Positions 46,696 to 53,732 of a stretch of DNA of 64,000 nt are shown here, piece after piece (positions within the stretch are counted from its first letter, which is position 1; every line of letters starts with the position of its first letter). Both the position numbers and the translations under genes were made by a program. The stretch is taken from the IMG/VR virus record IMGVR_UViG_3300035696_000032; one strand, given 5' to 3'. Source of the DNA: an uncultured virus (IMG/VR IMGVR_UViG_3300035696_000032) (lineage: Duplodnaviria; Heunggongvirae; Uroviricota; Caudoviricetes). A model generated the notes under the pieces. That model did not search any database, was not told where the DNA came from, and saw only the letters and a program-made list of their open reading frames with translations.

Positions 46696-47831
46696 TTCGT
46701 GACCACGACGGGGATGTCGACCGTACTTTGCGCCGTGCTGGCGGGAATGGTCACGGCGAACAGGGCAACTCCCTCGGACACGGTCGCGGTCCCGCTCTGG
46801 ACGCCGTTCACCAGGACGTTCAGGGTCGTCCCGTCGGGGAGGTTGGTGGTCGCTGTGACCACGACTTCGCCGCCCGTAGGTCCGACTGTGCGCGGCCTCA
46901 GCCGGATGCGGATGCTTGACGTCCCGCCGGTGGTGGGCGTCTCCTTGACGTAGGCCGTGTTCGAGACGACAGAGGCCGGGGGTGTGATGGGGGGCGTAGG
47001 CCCCGGCGTCGGTGTGGGGGTCGGCGTGGGTGTGGGCGCCGGCGGTGTGACGACCGGCGGGGCGGAGCCAATCGCCGCGAGGTCGGCCTGGAGTTGGGCC
47101 ATGTTGAACCCCTCGATGGACGTGCCCTGCGCGCTCAGCCAGTCGGGCGAGAGGATGGCGTACGCCTCGTCCGCGTAGGCGTAGAAGAAGGCCCAGGACA
47201 TCGCCTTCACCGTGCCCCATGTGATGACGTAGACGTTGTTCGCGTCGTAGCCGACGATGGGGACGCAGTGGCCGTTGTCCGGGTCGGGCGGGTTCGCAGC
47301 GAAGCCTCCGGCGGGGACCGCGGTCCAGTCCACGTCGAGGAGGTTCCCGTCCGGCGGATTGACCGCGTAGTCGGGGAGGGCGAGGCCGATGTAGCAGCCG
47401 CCGAAGATGGCGACGGCGTCCTGGACCTCGGTCTGATTGCTGACAGTGACGGAAGCGTACGCACCAATCTTGTCCGGCGTGGTCGTGGTCGGGATGCCCG
47501 TGTTCTGCCAGTACTGGAGGACCGTCAGCATGTCCGCGCCTTGGTCCACGCCACCGTCCACGACGTTGTACGCCGCGAGGATGTCGGCATCGGGGATGAT
47601 TTCCGGCGTCCCGTCGGCCTGCTGTGTCCACTGTTCGACAAGGTGGCCCGCAGCGGCGCAGGTGCAGTCGCCGTAGGTGTCGTTCCCCATCATGGGCCAT
47701 GTCGAGACCGCCGTGTAGTACGTGACCGTCGCGGGCGGAGAAGGAAGGGCCGCGGTGAGGTACTTTCCGAACTTCAGGGTCCGCTTGTCGAGGCGGGGTG
47801 GCTTCTTGCCCAGGCGGAACTTCGGTGGCAT
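46692..47831 (-). CDS. Papain-like cysteine peptidase with PT linker and Ig-like module
   Basis: NDTYGDCTCAA (Cys), GHCVPIVGYD (His), ITWG. Confidence 0.8.
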   Translation of the reverse strand: MPPKFRLGKKPPRLDKRTLKFGKYLTAALPSPPATVTYYTAVSTWPMMGNDTYGDCTCAAAGHLVEQWTQQADGTPEIIPDADILAAYNVVDGGVDQGADMLTVLQYWQNTGIPTTTTPDKIGAYASVTVSNQTEVQDAVAIFGGCYIGLALPDYAVNPPDGNLLDVDWTAVPAGGFAANPPDPDNGHCVPIVGYDANNVYVITWGTVKAMSWAFFYAYADEAYAILSPDWLSAQGTSIEGFNMAQLQADLAAIGSAPPVVTPPAPTPTPTPTPTPGPTPPITPPASVVSNTAYVKETPTTGGTSSIRIRLRPRTVGPTGGEVVVTATTNLPDGTTLNVLVNGVQSGTATVSEGVALFAVTIPASTAQSTVDIPVVVTN

Positions 47832-47838
47832 GACCCAG

Positions 47839-47866
47839 CCACCCGGTTCGGCGGATTTAAGCCCTG
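47839..47866 (-). promoter_or_regulatory. Class L promoter motif
   Basis: AGGGCTTAAATC-N7-CCGGGTGG. Confidence 0.7.
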
Positions 47867-47869
47867 GTC

Positions 47870-48685
47870 TCAGACCCAACTGAACAGCCACTTGATGAAG
47901 CGGACGATGGCAGCCCACCAGGACTCGGCCGGACTCTCGGTGACCGCTGAGAGGTCGGACTGAAGTTGGGCGAGGTCGACGCCGGAGGGCGCTTCGCCCT
48001 GAGCGAGCCAATCCGTGTCGATGAGCGCGTACGCTTCGTCACAGTACGTCGTAACGAACGCCCAGGTCGCCTGATACCGTGCTCCCCAGGAGATGACCGT
48101 GACCCCGTTCGCGTCGTAGGCGACGACCGGGACCGCATGTCCGCCCCAGGAGCCGGGAGCCCCGTTGCCCGTGGCCCCACCGGGTGGAACCGTCCATGTC
48201 GTCTGGCCCTGGGCCGACAACGGCATCTGGAGCCCGAGGTAGGTGTTGCCGAAGATGTCCGTGGCCGTCTCGACCATCTGTTGGTCGACCTCGACCTCCG
48301 CGTAGGCGTTGAGCGTGTCGCCGCCGACGCCGTTCTGACGCCAGTAGTTCAGGACGTCGAGGACGACCGCTCCGTCGTCGTTCGCGCCCGTCGTGGGGTT
48401 GTAGCCGCTGACCGCCTCGTAGAACGACAGGATGGTCGAGTCGGGCAGGATGACCGGTGCCGCCTCGGTGTCGGACGTCCACTCCTGGATGCAGTGCCCG
48501 ACGGCCGCGCAGGTGCAGTCGCCAAGCGTGTCGTTGAGCATCGCGCCGAGCGGTCCCATCTTCTCGGACCAGTCGACGGAAGCCGGGGGCGCGGGCAAAG
48601 CCTCGGGCTTCAGGTACTTCTTCAGTTGGAGTGTTCGCGGGTCTACGCGCTTCGGTTTCTTGCCGAGCTTGAACTTGCCGACCAC
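47870..48685 (-). CDS. Papain-like cysteine peptidase, paralogue with amphipathic C-terminal helix
   Basis: NDTLGDCTCAA, GGHAVPVVAYD, ISWG; WWAAIVRFIKWLF; AGGGCTTAAATC near 48706-48718. Confidence 0.8.
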   Translation of the reverse strand: MVGKFKLGKKPKRVDPRTLQLKKYLKPEALPAPPASVDWSEKMGPLGAMLNDTLGDCTCAAVGHCIQEWTSDTEAAPVILPDSTILSFYEAVSGYNPTTGANDDGAVVLDVLNYWRQNGVGGDTLNAYAEVEVDQQMVETATDIFGNTYLGLQMPLSAQGQTTWTVPPGGATGNGAPGSWGGHAVPVVAYDANGVTVISWGARYQATWAFVTTYCDEAYALIDTDWLAQGEAPSGVDLAQLQSDLSAVTESPAESWWAAIVRFIKWLFSWV

Positions 48686-48799
48686 GCCCGGTGAGCGGAC
48701 CCTATGGATTTAAGCCCTCGTGCGGTCATGGGTGGACGATGGCGTTCCGCCGTTCCGACCCCGGCCAACAGCGCGGCCTTCAGCATAGCTGCTGAACAT

Positions 48800-48876
48800 A
48801 GCCCCGTTGGCTAATCGGAAAGGCTACCTCGTTCTGGCCGAGGATTGTGGGGGTTCGAATCCTCCCGGGGCTACCA
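48800..48876 (+). tRNA. trnQ: tRNA-Gln(CTG), encoded CCA
   Basis: A1-U72; CCTCG-TTCTGGC-CGAGG. Confidence 0.9.
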
Positions 48877-48878
48877 GC

Positions 48879-48950
48879 AGCCCCGGGGAGAGACGGCAAT
48901 CTCGGCACTCCTTGAAAGTGCAGAACTCGGTTCGACTCCGGGCGGGGCTA
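48879..48950 (+). tRNA. trnQ: tRNA-Gln(TTG), C33
   Basis: A1-U72; GCACT-CCTTGAA-AGTGC. Confidence 0.85.
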
Positions 48951-48968
48951 TGGAGAACCCATTCGCGT

Positions 48969-49040
48969 GGCCTCCGTAGTGTAGCGGGTGCACAGCGGTC
49001 TGTGAAGCCGCGGGGCCGAGTTCAACCCTCGGCGGAGGCC
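48969..49040 (+). tRNA. trnH: tRNA-His(GTG)
   Basis: Encoded G-1, C73, CT-GTG-AA. Confidence 0.88.
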
Positions 49041-49042
49041 CC

Positions 49043-49462
49043 TCAACCGAAGAGCGCGGACAACCCGCTGACCATTTCGTTCTCGGCGCGGAGGCGCTTG
49101 ACGATGCGGTCGATGAGCGCATCGCGCTCCATGTTGTCCTCCTCCTGACCGACCTGGATGAGGTCCTCCCATTCGTAGCCGAGTTCCCGGGCCAGCGACT
49201 GGAGCGCGTCCACCCATCCGCGACGGTAGGCTGCCAACCGCTGGTAGGTCTTCGGGTCGGCGCCGGGCCCAGGTCCGAGCGGGTCTTCGTAGACCGCGGG
49301 AACCTCCTGCGGGACGCGGATGTTCGCCTCCGTCACCATGTAAATCTTCTCGGGGAGTACGACTTCGAGCGGCAGGTCGACCGCGGCCTTGGGCGGCTTC
49401 ATCTCCTCCGGATTCGGGCGGACGGGCGGTGGGTGCTTCAGTCGAACCTTGGGGAAGCTCAT
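49043..49462 (-). CDS. Hypothetical protein with basic-NP N-terminus
   Basis: MSFPKVRLKHPPPVRPNP; LARELGYEWED. Confidence 0.7.
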   Translation of the reverse strand: MSFPKVRLKHPPPVRPNPEEMKPPKAAVDLPLEVVLPEKIYMVTEANIRVPQEVPAVYEDPLGPGPGADPKTYQRLAAYRRGWVDALQSLARELGYEWEDLIQVGQEEDNMERDALIDRIVKRLRAENEMVSGLSALFG

Positions 49463-49599
49463 ATCAGGCCCCTCCACCCACGAGCGAGGAATTAAGAACT
49501 AGTGCGAGCGTGGGTGGGGTAATGGCGCACGCACGGCAGGAGGCCGCAGCAGCAGTAGCCGAACTCGGTCCCACGAATCGGGGACCGGGCGTCGGGCGT

Positions 49600-49671
49600 G
49601 GGCCTGTGCGGTAATCGGAAACCTCCGGAGCCCGCAACTCCGAATTGCGCGTTCAACTCGCGCCAGGTCCA
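49600..49671 (+). tRNA. trnA: tRNA-Ala(CGC), C33
   Basis: G3:U70; CGGAG-CCCGCAA-CTCCG. Confidence 0.82.
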
Positions 49672-49682
49672 TTCACTCCGAC

Positions 49683-49754
49683 AGCCCGGTGGTGTAACGG
49701 CGAGCATGGGAACCCTACAAGTTCTCGGCGGGGGTTCGACTCCCTCTCGGGCTA
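49683..49754 (+). tRNA. trnV: tRNA-Val(TAC), C33
   Basis: GGAAC-CCTACAA-GTTCT; unusual A1-U72. Confidence 0.82.
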
Positions 49755-49755
49755 T

Positions 49756-49829
49756 GCGGACGTGGTGTCAATCCGGCAGCACGACGGCCTTCCAAGCCGA
49801 CGGTCTGGGTTCAAATCCCGGCGTCCGCA
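49756..49829 (+). tRNA. trnG: tRNA-Gly(TCC)
   Basis: ACGGC-CTTCCAA-GCCGA. Confidence 0.9.
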
Positions 49830-49839
49830 CCTCACATTT

Positions 49840-49911
49840 GCCGCGGAAGCTGAACGGCTAAGCGCCCGGCTGTTAACCGGAGGTTCGCAGGTTCGACTCC
49901 TGCCCGCGGCG
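49840..49911 (+). tRNA. trnN: tRNA-Asn(GTT)
   Basis: CCCGG-CTGTTAA-CCGGA; G73. Confidence 0.88.
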
Positions 49912-50075
49912 TTTGAGCGGGGGAAGCGGACGGATTTCGTACTCGTCCGGAGGGAACGTGAGCATCTTCAGGAGCGCGACGACCTCCGCCGCCCGTCGGC
50001 GAGTGAATGGCCCCAGCGCGTACGACCCATCGAGTCCAGGGCGGCGGACGATGACCTCGAACTTCGGACGTTCAG

Positions 50076-50146
50076 TGCGCCCGGCGAGAGTTGAACTCGC
50101 TCTGCCACGTTGGCAACGTGGCGTCATGCCGGTAGACCACGGGCGC
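50076..50146 (-). tRNA. trnG: tRNA-Gly(GCC)
   Basis: CCACG-TTGCCAA-CGTGG. Confidence 0.9.
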
Positions 50147-50152
50147 GTCGAA

Positions 50153-50227
50153 CGCCCTCGGTGAGATTCGAACTCACGACGCACCGCTTAGAAGGCGGCT
50201 CCTTTGTCCAGGCTAAGGTACGAGGGC
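50153..50227 (-). tRNA. trnR: tRNA-Arg(TCT)
   Basis: GCCGC-CTTCTAA-GCGGT. Confidence 0.9.
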
Positions 50228-50282
50228 ATCGCCGGCGTGTCGACCGACTTTCCCTCGTCTCCTCGTGAGCGCCATCGGCGGA

Positions 50283-50353
50283 TAGCGGAACCAGGAATCG
50301 AACCTGGGCTCCCGGCTTATGAGGCCGGCCCACGACCTTCGTGGTATCCCGCT
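50283..50353 (-). tRNA. trnM: tRNA-Met(CAT), initiator-like acceptor stem
   Basis: AGCGGGA/TTCCGCT (A1-U72); CCGGC-CTCATAA-GCCGG. Confidence 0.85.
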
Positions 50354-50405
50354 GCTCACGGGATGCACCCGCAGATATTTGAACCTGCGCGATTACTAGG
50401 AACTC

Positions 50406-50478
50406 GGGCTCCTGGCGCAATCGGAAACGCACCCGCTTGGCATGTGGGAGATTCCGGGTTCGAGTCCCGGGGGGTCCA
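50406..50478 (+). tRNA. trnA: tRNA-Ala(GGC)
   Basis: G3:U70; TT-GGC-AT. Confidence 0.9.
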
Positions 50479-51315
50479 CTAGGGCATCAAACGCTTCCTG
50501 GCGAGGAGGCGTTGCGCTTCCTTGGGAGACCGGGTGGGCAGACCCAGACGTTGAAACGCGCAGGTCAGGCCGGTCGCCGACAATCCATGCCGCGCTGCGA
50601 CTCGCTTGAGACTGTCGCCCGATTCAACATAGTCCCGGTGGGCAGACTCCACAGCCGCCCTGTCCGTAACGTTGAGCCCGCCTCCCGCGCGGTTATTTTC
50701 GCTGGGCTTGGCCCTAGACGACCGTACGAGATTCCACGTCTGCTGTGCGCTCAGCCCGAGAGTGCGGCCGGCTGCTGCCTTCGTCCTTCCCGCTTCAACC
50801 ATCCTCCAGAACTGTTCCCTCACCGCGGGTCGAACGCGCCGACGAGTTTCGTACCGGTTCCGTACGACCCCGGCCGCGTGAGCCAGTTTGTTGACGGCGC
50901 TGGGGCTAATGCCCAGTCGTCGTCCGGTGGCCTCTACGGACAGTCCATGTCTGTAGAACGATACGGCGGATGAAGCAGTCCATTCATCGAGTTCGAGGCT
51001 CTCTCCGTGCCCACGGATTCGAAGGCCGGCACGTCTGAAGCTCTTCAGGATTCCGGCCAGCGACATCCCGTACTTGCGGCCAACTGCTTCGGCGGAGAGA
51101 CGGTCGTTGATGTACTCCGCGTGGGCCTGACGAAGCTCCCGGTTGGAGAGTTTCCTTTTCGGCTTATGGCTTGGCAGTCCTGCCCGATGGACCCAGAGGA
51201 GAACGGTAGACTTGGGAAGCTGTAATGTGATTCCAACCTGCTTCGCCGTGTTGCCCTTCGAATACAGGTCCAACGCCTTTTGATGGATGGCGGGGGGGTA
51301 GCTATCCCAGGTCAT
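50479..51315 (-). CDS. Multi-HTH DNA-binding protein
   Basis: About five HTH-like units, e.g. SLKRVAARHGLSATGL. Confidence 0.75.
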   Translation of the reverse strand: MTWDSYPPAIHQKALDLYSKGNTAKQVGITLQLPKSTVLLWVHRAGLPSHKPKRKLSNRELRQAHAEYINDRLSAEAVGRKYGMSLAGILKSFRRAGLRIRGHGESLELDEWTASSAVSFYRHGLSVEATGRRLGISPSAVNKLAHAAGVVRNRYETRRRVRPAVREQFWRMVEAGRTKAAAGRTLGLSAQQTWNLVRSSRAKPSENNRAGGGLNVTDRAAVESAHRDYVESGDSLKRVAARHGLSATGLTCAFQRLGLPTRSPKEAQRLLARKRLMP

Positions 51316-51323
51316 CGCAACGC

Positions 51324-52406
51324 CTACCGCTGGAACGGCTTCCCCGGTTTGACCTCGTTCTTGACGATGGGGACGTGGTCCCACCGCTCCTCGCTCTGGA
51401 CGTGGCCCTCGCGGACGTACTTAGCTATGGCGTTGACGCGCCATGTTTCTCCGCTGTTGGAGTTACGACTTTCGTAACCCTCGTGCATCCCGAACACGTA
51501 CGGGTACGCGAGGCGGACGACGATTCCCTCGTGGCCGCGCTTGATGACGTCGTTGGCGAGGCGGAAGAGCCGGACGCGGAGCGCATCCTCGTTCGGGTAC
51601 TCCTTCCCGTACTCCAGGACCGGGACCGTCGGGAAGCCGATGAGCTTCGCGGCCTGCACGACGTGCGGCCAGGAGCCGAACATCTGCTCCTTCTGGTCGT
51701 AGACGCCAAAGACCATGAACAGCGAGTCGAGCTGGAGCTTCCCGGTGTAGTGGATGGAGTGCCGCGCGTAGAGGTTCTCTCCGAAGATTTGGACGCCCTC
51801 GGGGATTTGCTTAGCGAACCCGGCGTGTGCCGCCTTCAGCCAGTCGAACGAGGCGTGGTCCGCGGAGTGTCCGTTCCGCGCCGCGACCAGGTCGCGCGTC
51901 AGGAGCGTGTTGCCGCCGTCCATCTTGATGGTGATGCAGAGCGGCTGGTGGACGAACGGCTTCAGGTCGGGGAGGTTGATGTCGTTCTCCTCCACGCCCG
52001 GGCTCATGGGGAGGTACGGCGTGGAGGGGTACTTCACGCGCTCCCGGTTCGGCTGCTTGAGCACGACGCCCCACTTGTCGTACCGTTGGGCCGGGTCCCA
52101 TCCGGACGGCAGGACGACGTCCTCGATTTCGGCCCAGTAGCGGAGGACGTCGGGTTGAAGCGTGCAGGTTTCCGCCCCCCATAGGTGGTGGAACGGACAG
52201 AGGGTGGCGCCGTTCTCGACGAAGTAACCGGCCTCCTCGCCCGCGGCGGTCCAGAGCCGTCGCTCGATGATGTGGTGAGCGACGACCTCGACCTCGTGGC
52301 CTGCCTCGACCTCCTGGGCGTACCCGCAGCCCGGGACGACGCAGGTCTTGTCATCGCGTTCGAAGACCGCCTCGCGGAACTCCTCGCGCGTCAGGAGTGT
52401 CGGCAT
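51324..52406 (-). CDS. HNH-like domain fused to an ATP-dependent RNA ligase
   Basis: FERDDKTCVVPGC, AHHII, NGATLC; KYPSTPYLP, KMDGGN (KxDG), FGEN, EGIVVR, AKYV. Confidence 0.85.
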   Translation of the reverse strand: MPTLLTREEFREAVFERDDKTCVVPGCGYAQEVEAGHEVEVVAHHIIERRLWTAAGEEAGYFVENGATLCPFHHLWGAETCTLQPDVLRYWAEIEDVVLPSGWDPAQRYDKWGVVLKQPNRERVKYPSTPYLPMSPGVEENDINLPDLKPFVHQPLCITIKMDGGNTLLTRDLVAARNGHSADHASFDWLKAAHAGFAKQIPEGVQIFGENLYARHSIHYTGKLQLDSLFMVFGVYDQKEQMFGSWPHVVQAAKLIGFPTVPVLEYGKEYPNEDALRVRLFRLANDVIKRGHEGIVVRLAYPYVFGMHEGYESRNSNSGETWRVNAIAKYVREGHVQSEERWDHVPIVKNEVKPGKPFQR

Positions 52407-52524
52407 CTTTCCTCAATCGAGCAGCCGAACGGGGAGGGCTCGACCCCTCCGCGACCCAAGAGGGTGTCGAGCCCCTCAGAGGCTGCTTTCATAGCCGCCC
52501 GGCAGAGACGATTAGGTCTCTCCG

Positions 52525-52535
52525 ATATATAAATA
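52525..52535 (-). promoter_or_regulatory. Class E TATA box of the ligase operon
   Basis: TATTTATATAT. Confidence 0.7.
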
Positions 52536-52538
52536 TAG

Positions 52539-52609
52539 AGCCACCGGCAGGAGTTGAACCCGCATCCCCAACTTACCATGCTGGGATTCGTCCGCCGAAC
52601 TGCGGTGGC
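52539..52609 (-). tRNA. trnT: tRNA-Thr(GGT)
   Basis: CCAGC-ATGGTAA-GTTGG (A32); U73. Confidence 0.85.
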
Positions 52610-52616
52610 ATGTGAG

Positions 52617-52687
52617 AGCCCCAGGAGGGAGTTGAACCCTCTTGGACGATTTTGCGGACCGTCGCGTATCCGACCTGCCCCTGGGGC
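52617..52687 (-). tRNA. trnC: tRNA-Cys(GCA), C33
   Basis: ACGGT-CCGCAAA-ATCGT; U73. Confidence 0.82.
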
Positions 52688-52688
52688 A

Positions 52689-52759
52689 AGCCGCTAGAGG
52701 GAGTCGAACCCCCGCTCGGACTTTACGAAAGTCCTGGACTGCCGTTATCCTACAGCGGC
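52689..52759 (-). tRNA. trnT: tRNA-Thr(CGT)
   Basis: GGACT-TTCGTAA-AGTCC. Confidence 0.88.
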
Positions 52760-52760
52760 A

Positions 52761-52835
52761 TGGAGCCGCTCGTCGGATTTGAACCGGCATCCCCGATTTA
52801 CAAGACCGGGATTCTGCGGATTGAACTAGAGCGGC
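52761..52835 (-). tRNA. trnT: tRNA-Thr(TGT), encoded CCA
   Basis: CCGGT-CTTGTAA-ATCGG. Confidence 0.88.
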
Positions 52836-52940
52836 AGGGGCGAATGGTCTACCGACCCGGTGTGCCGGGACAGGTAGTACATCGCGTTCGCCCGAACCGC
52901 ATGGCGAATCCGCTACGCGCGTCCCGGGATTTAATGGGTG

Positions 52941-53717
52941 CTACCCTTCGGTCGGCTCCTGCCGGAACCCGAACATCGTCTCGGGGGAGTAGCCGTAGTA
53001 GGAGAGCGGGTTCGTGTTGGTCGTGCCGGCGACGACTGGCGGGCCCATGATGCTCACGCCCATCATCTGAACGACGCCATTCGCTGCGCCCTCGTTCGAG
53101 GTGCCGTTGTAGGCCATCCTCCCGGGAATTGGGTTCGGGTCGTACGCGACAACGAGGTCGTAAAAACCGTTCGCATCCGTGTCCATCACCTCGGTCCCGC
53201 CGGTGAGCGGTGGAGAGAGGGTCTGAGCGCCGGGCAGGAACGCGGCACTGTCGCCGGCAACAGCGAAGACGAAGGCGAGTTCGCCGCCCTGGGTAATGCC
53301 GAGGTCGCACGGGCCGATGGCCTGGACAGCGCCGGTCCCCGTCATCCTTGTGGAAAGGGCAAACGCATCGAGGGAGGGGGTGACGGTCCCGCTGAGGGCG
53401 GCGGCGGACACGATGCCCGTGAAGTTCAGCGCACCCATCGTCACGGTGACGTTGAGACTGCCCCCGGGGCACTGGACGTTGTCGCAGTAGTACGCGAAGA
53501 GGCAGACGGTGCTGGTGCCCTGTTGGATGTTGCTTCCGTCGATGCGCGTGTAGACGTTGGGCGGCGATTGGTCGTCCGTGACCGCGCTCGGGCCGATGCC
53601 TCCGGTCGCGTCGCCGCCGACGAAGACGTAGACCGACTCCCCGGTGGTGCAGGTGATGTCAACGCTTGTCGTTCCGGTGTCACTCGACCCAACGGCCCAA
53701 TTTGTTATGGTCGGCAT
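52941..53717 (-). CDS. Beta-rich putative virion structural protein
   Basis: Thr/Gly/Val-rich; last gene of the class L operon starting at 59258. Confidence 0.7.
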   Translation of the reverse strand: MPTITNWAVGSSDTGTTSVDITCTTGESVYVFVGGDATGGIGPSAVTDDQSPPNVYTRIDGSNIQQGTSTVCLFAYYCDNVQCPGGSLNVTVTMGALNFTGIVSAAALSGTVTPSLDAFALSTRMTGTGAVQAIGPCDLGITQGGELAFVFAVAGDSAAFLPGAQTLSPPLTGGTEVMDTDANGFYDLVVAYDPNPIPGRMAYNGTSNEGAANGVVQMMGVSIMGPPVVAGTTNTNPLSYYGYSPETMFGFRQEPTEG

Positions 53718-53732
53718 CAGGGCTCCGTCGGC

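Noticed and set aside
49683..49754. Possible amber suppressor (CTA within the anticodon loop)
   Set aside because: The GGAAC/GTTCT stem frames the 7-nt loop CCTACAA, which puts TAC (Val) at positions 34-36.
49913..50075. Minus-strand frame with VRRPGLDGSY resembling the leader
   Set aside because: No start codon after the tRNA-Gly, a weak match and no NP; at most a gene remnant.
50360..50395. T-arm-like remnant on the minus strand (GCAGGTTCAAATATCTGC)
   Set aside because: The loop is imperfect and no matching 5' half was found; not enough to call a tRNA or split tRNA.
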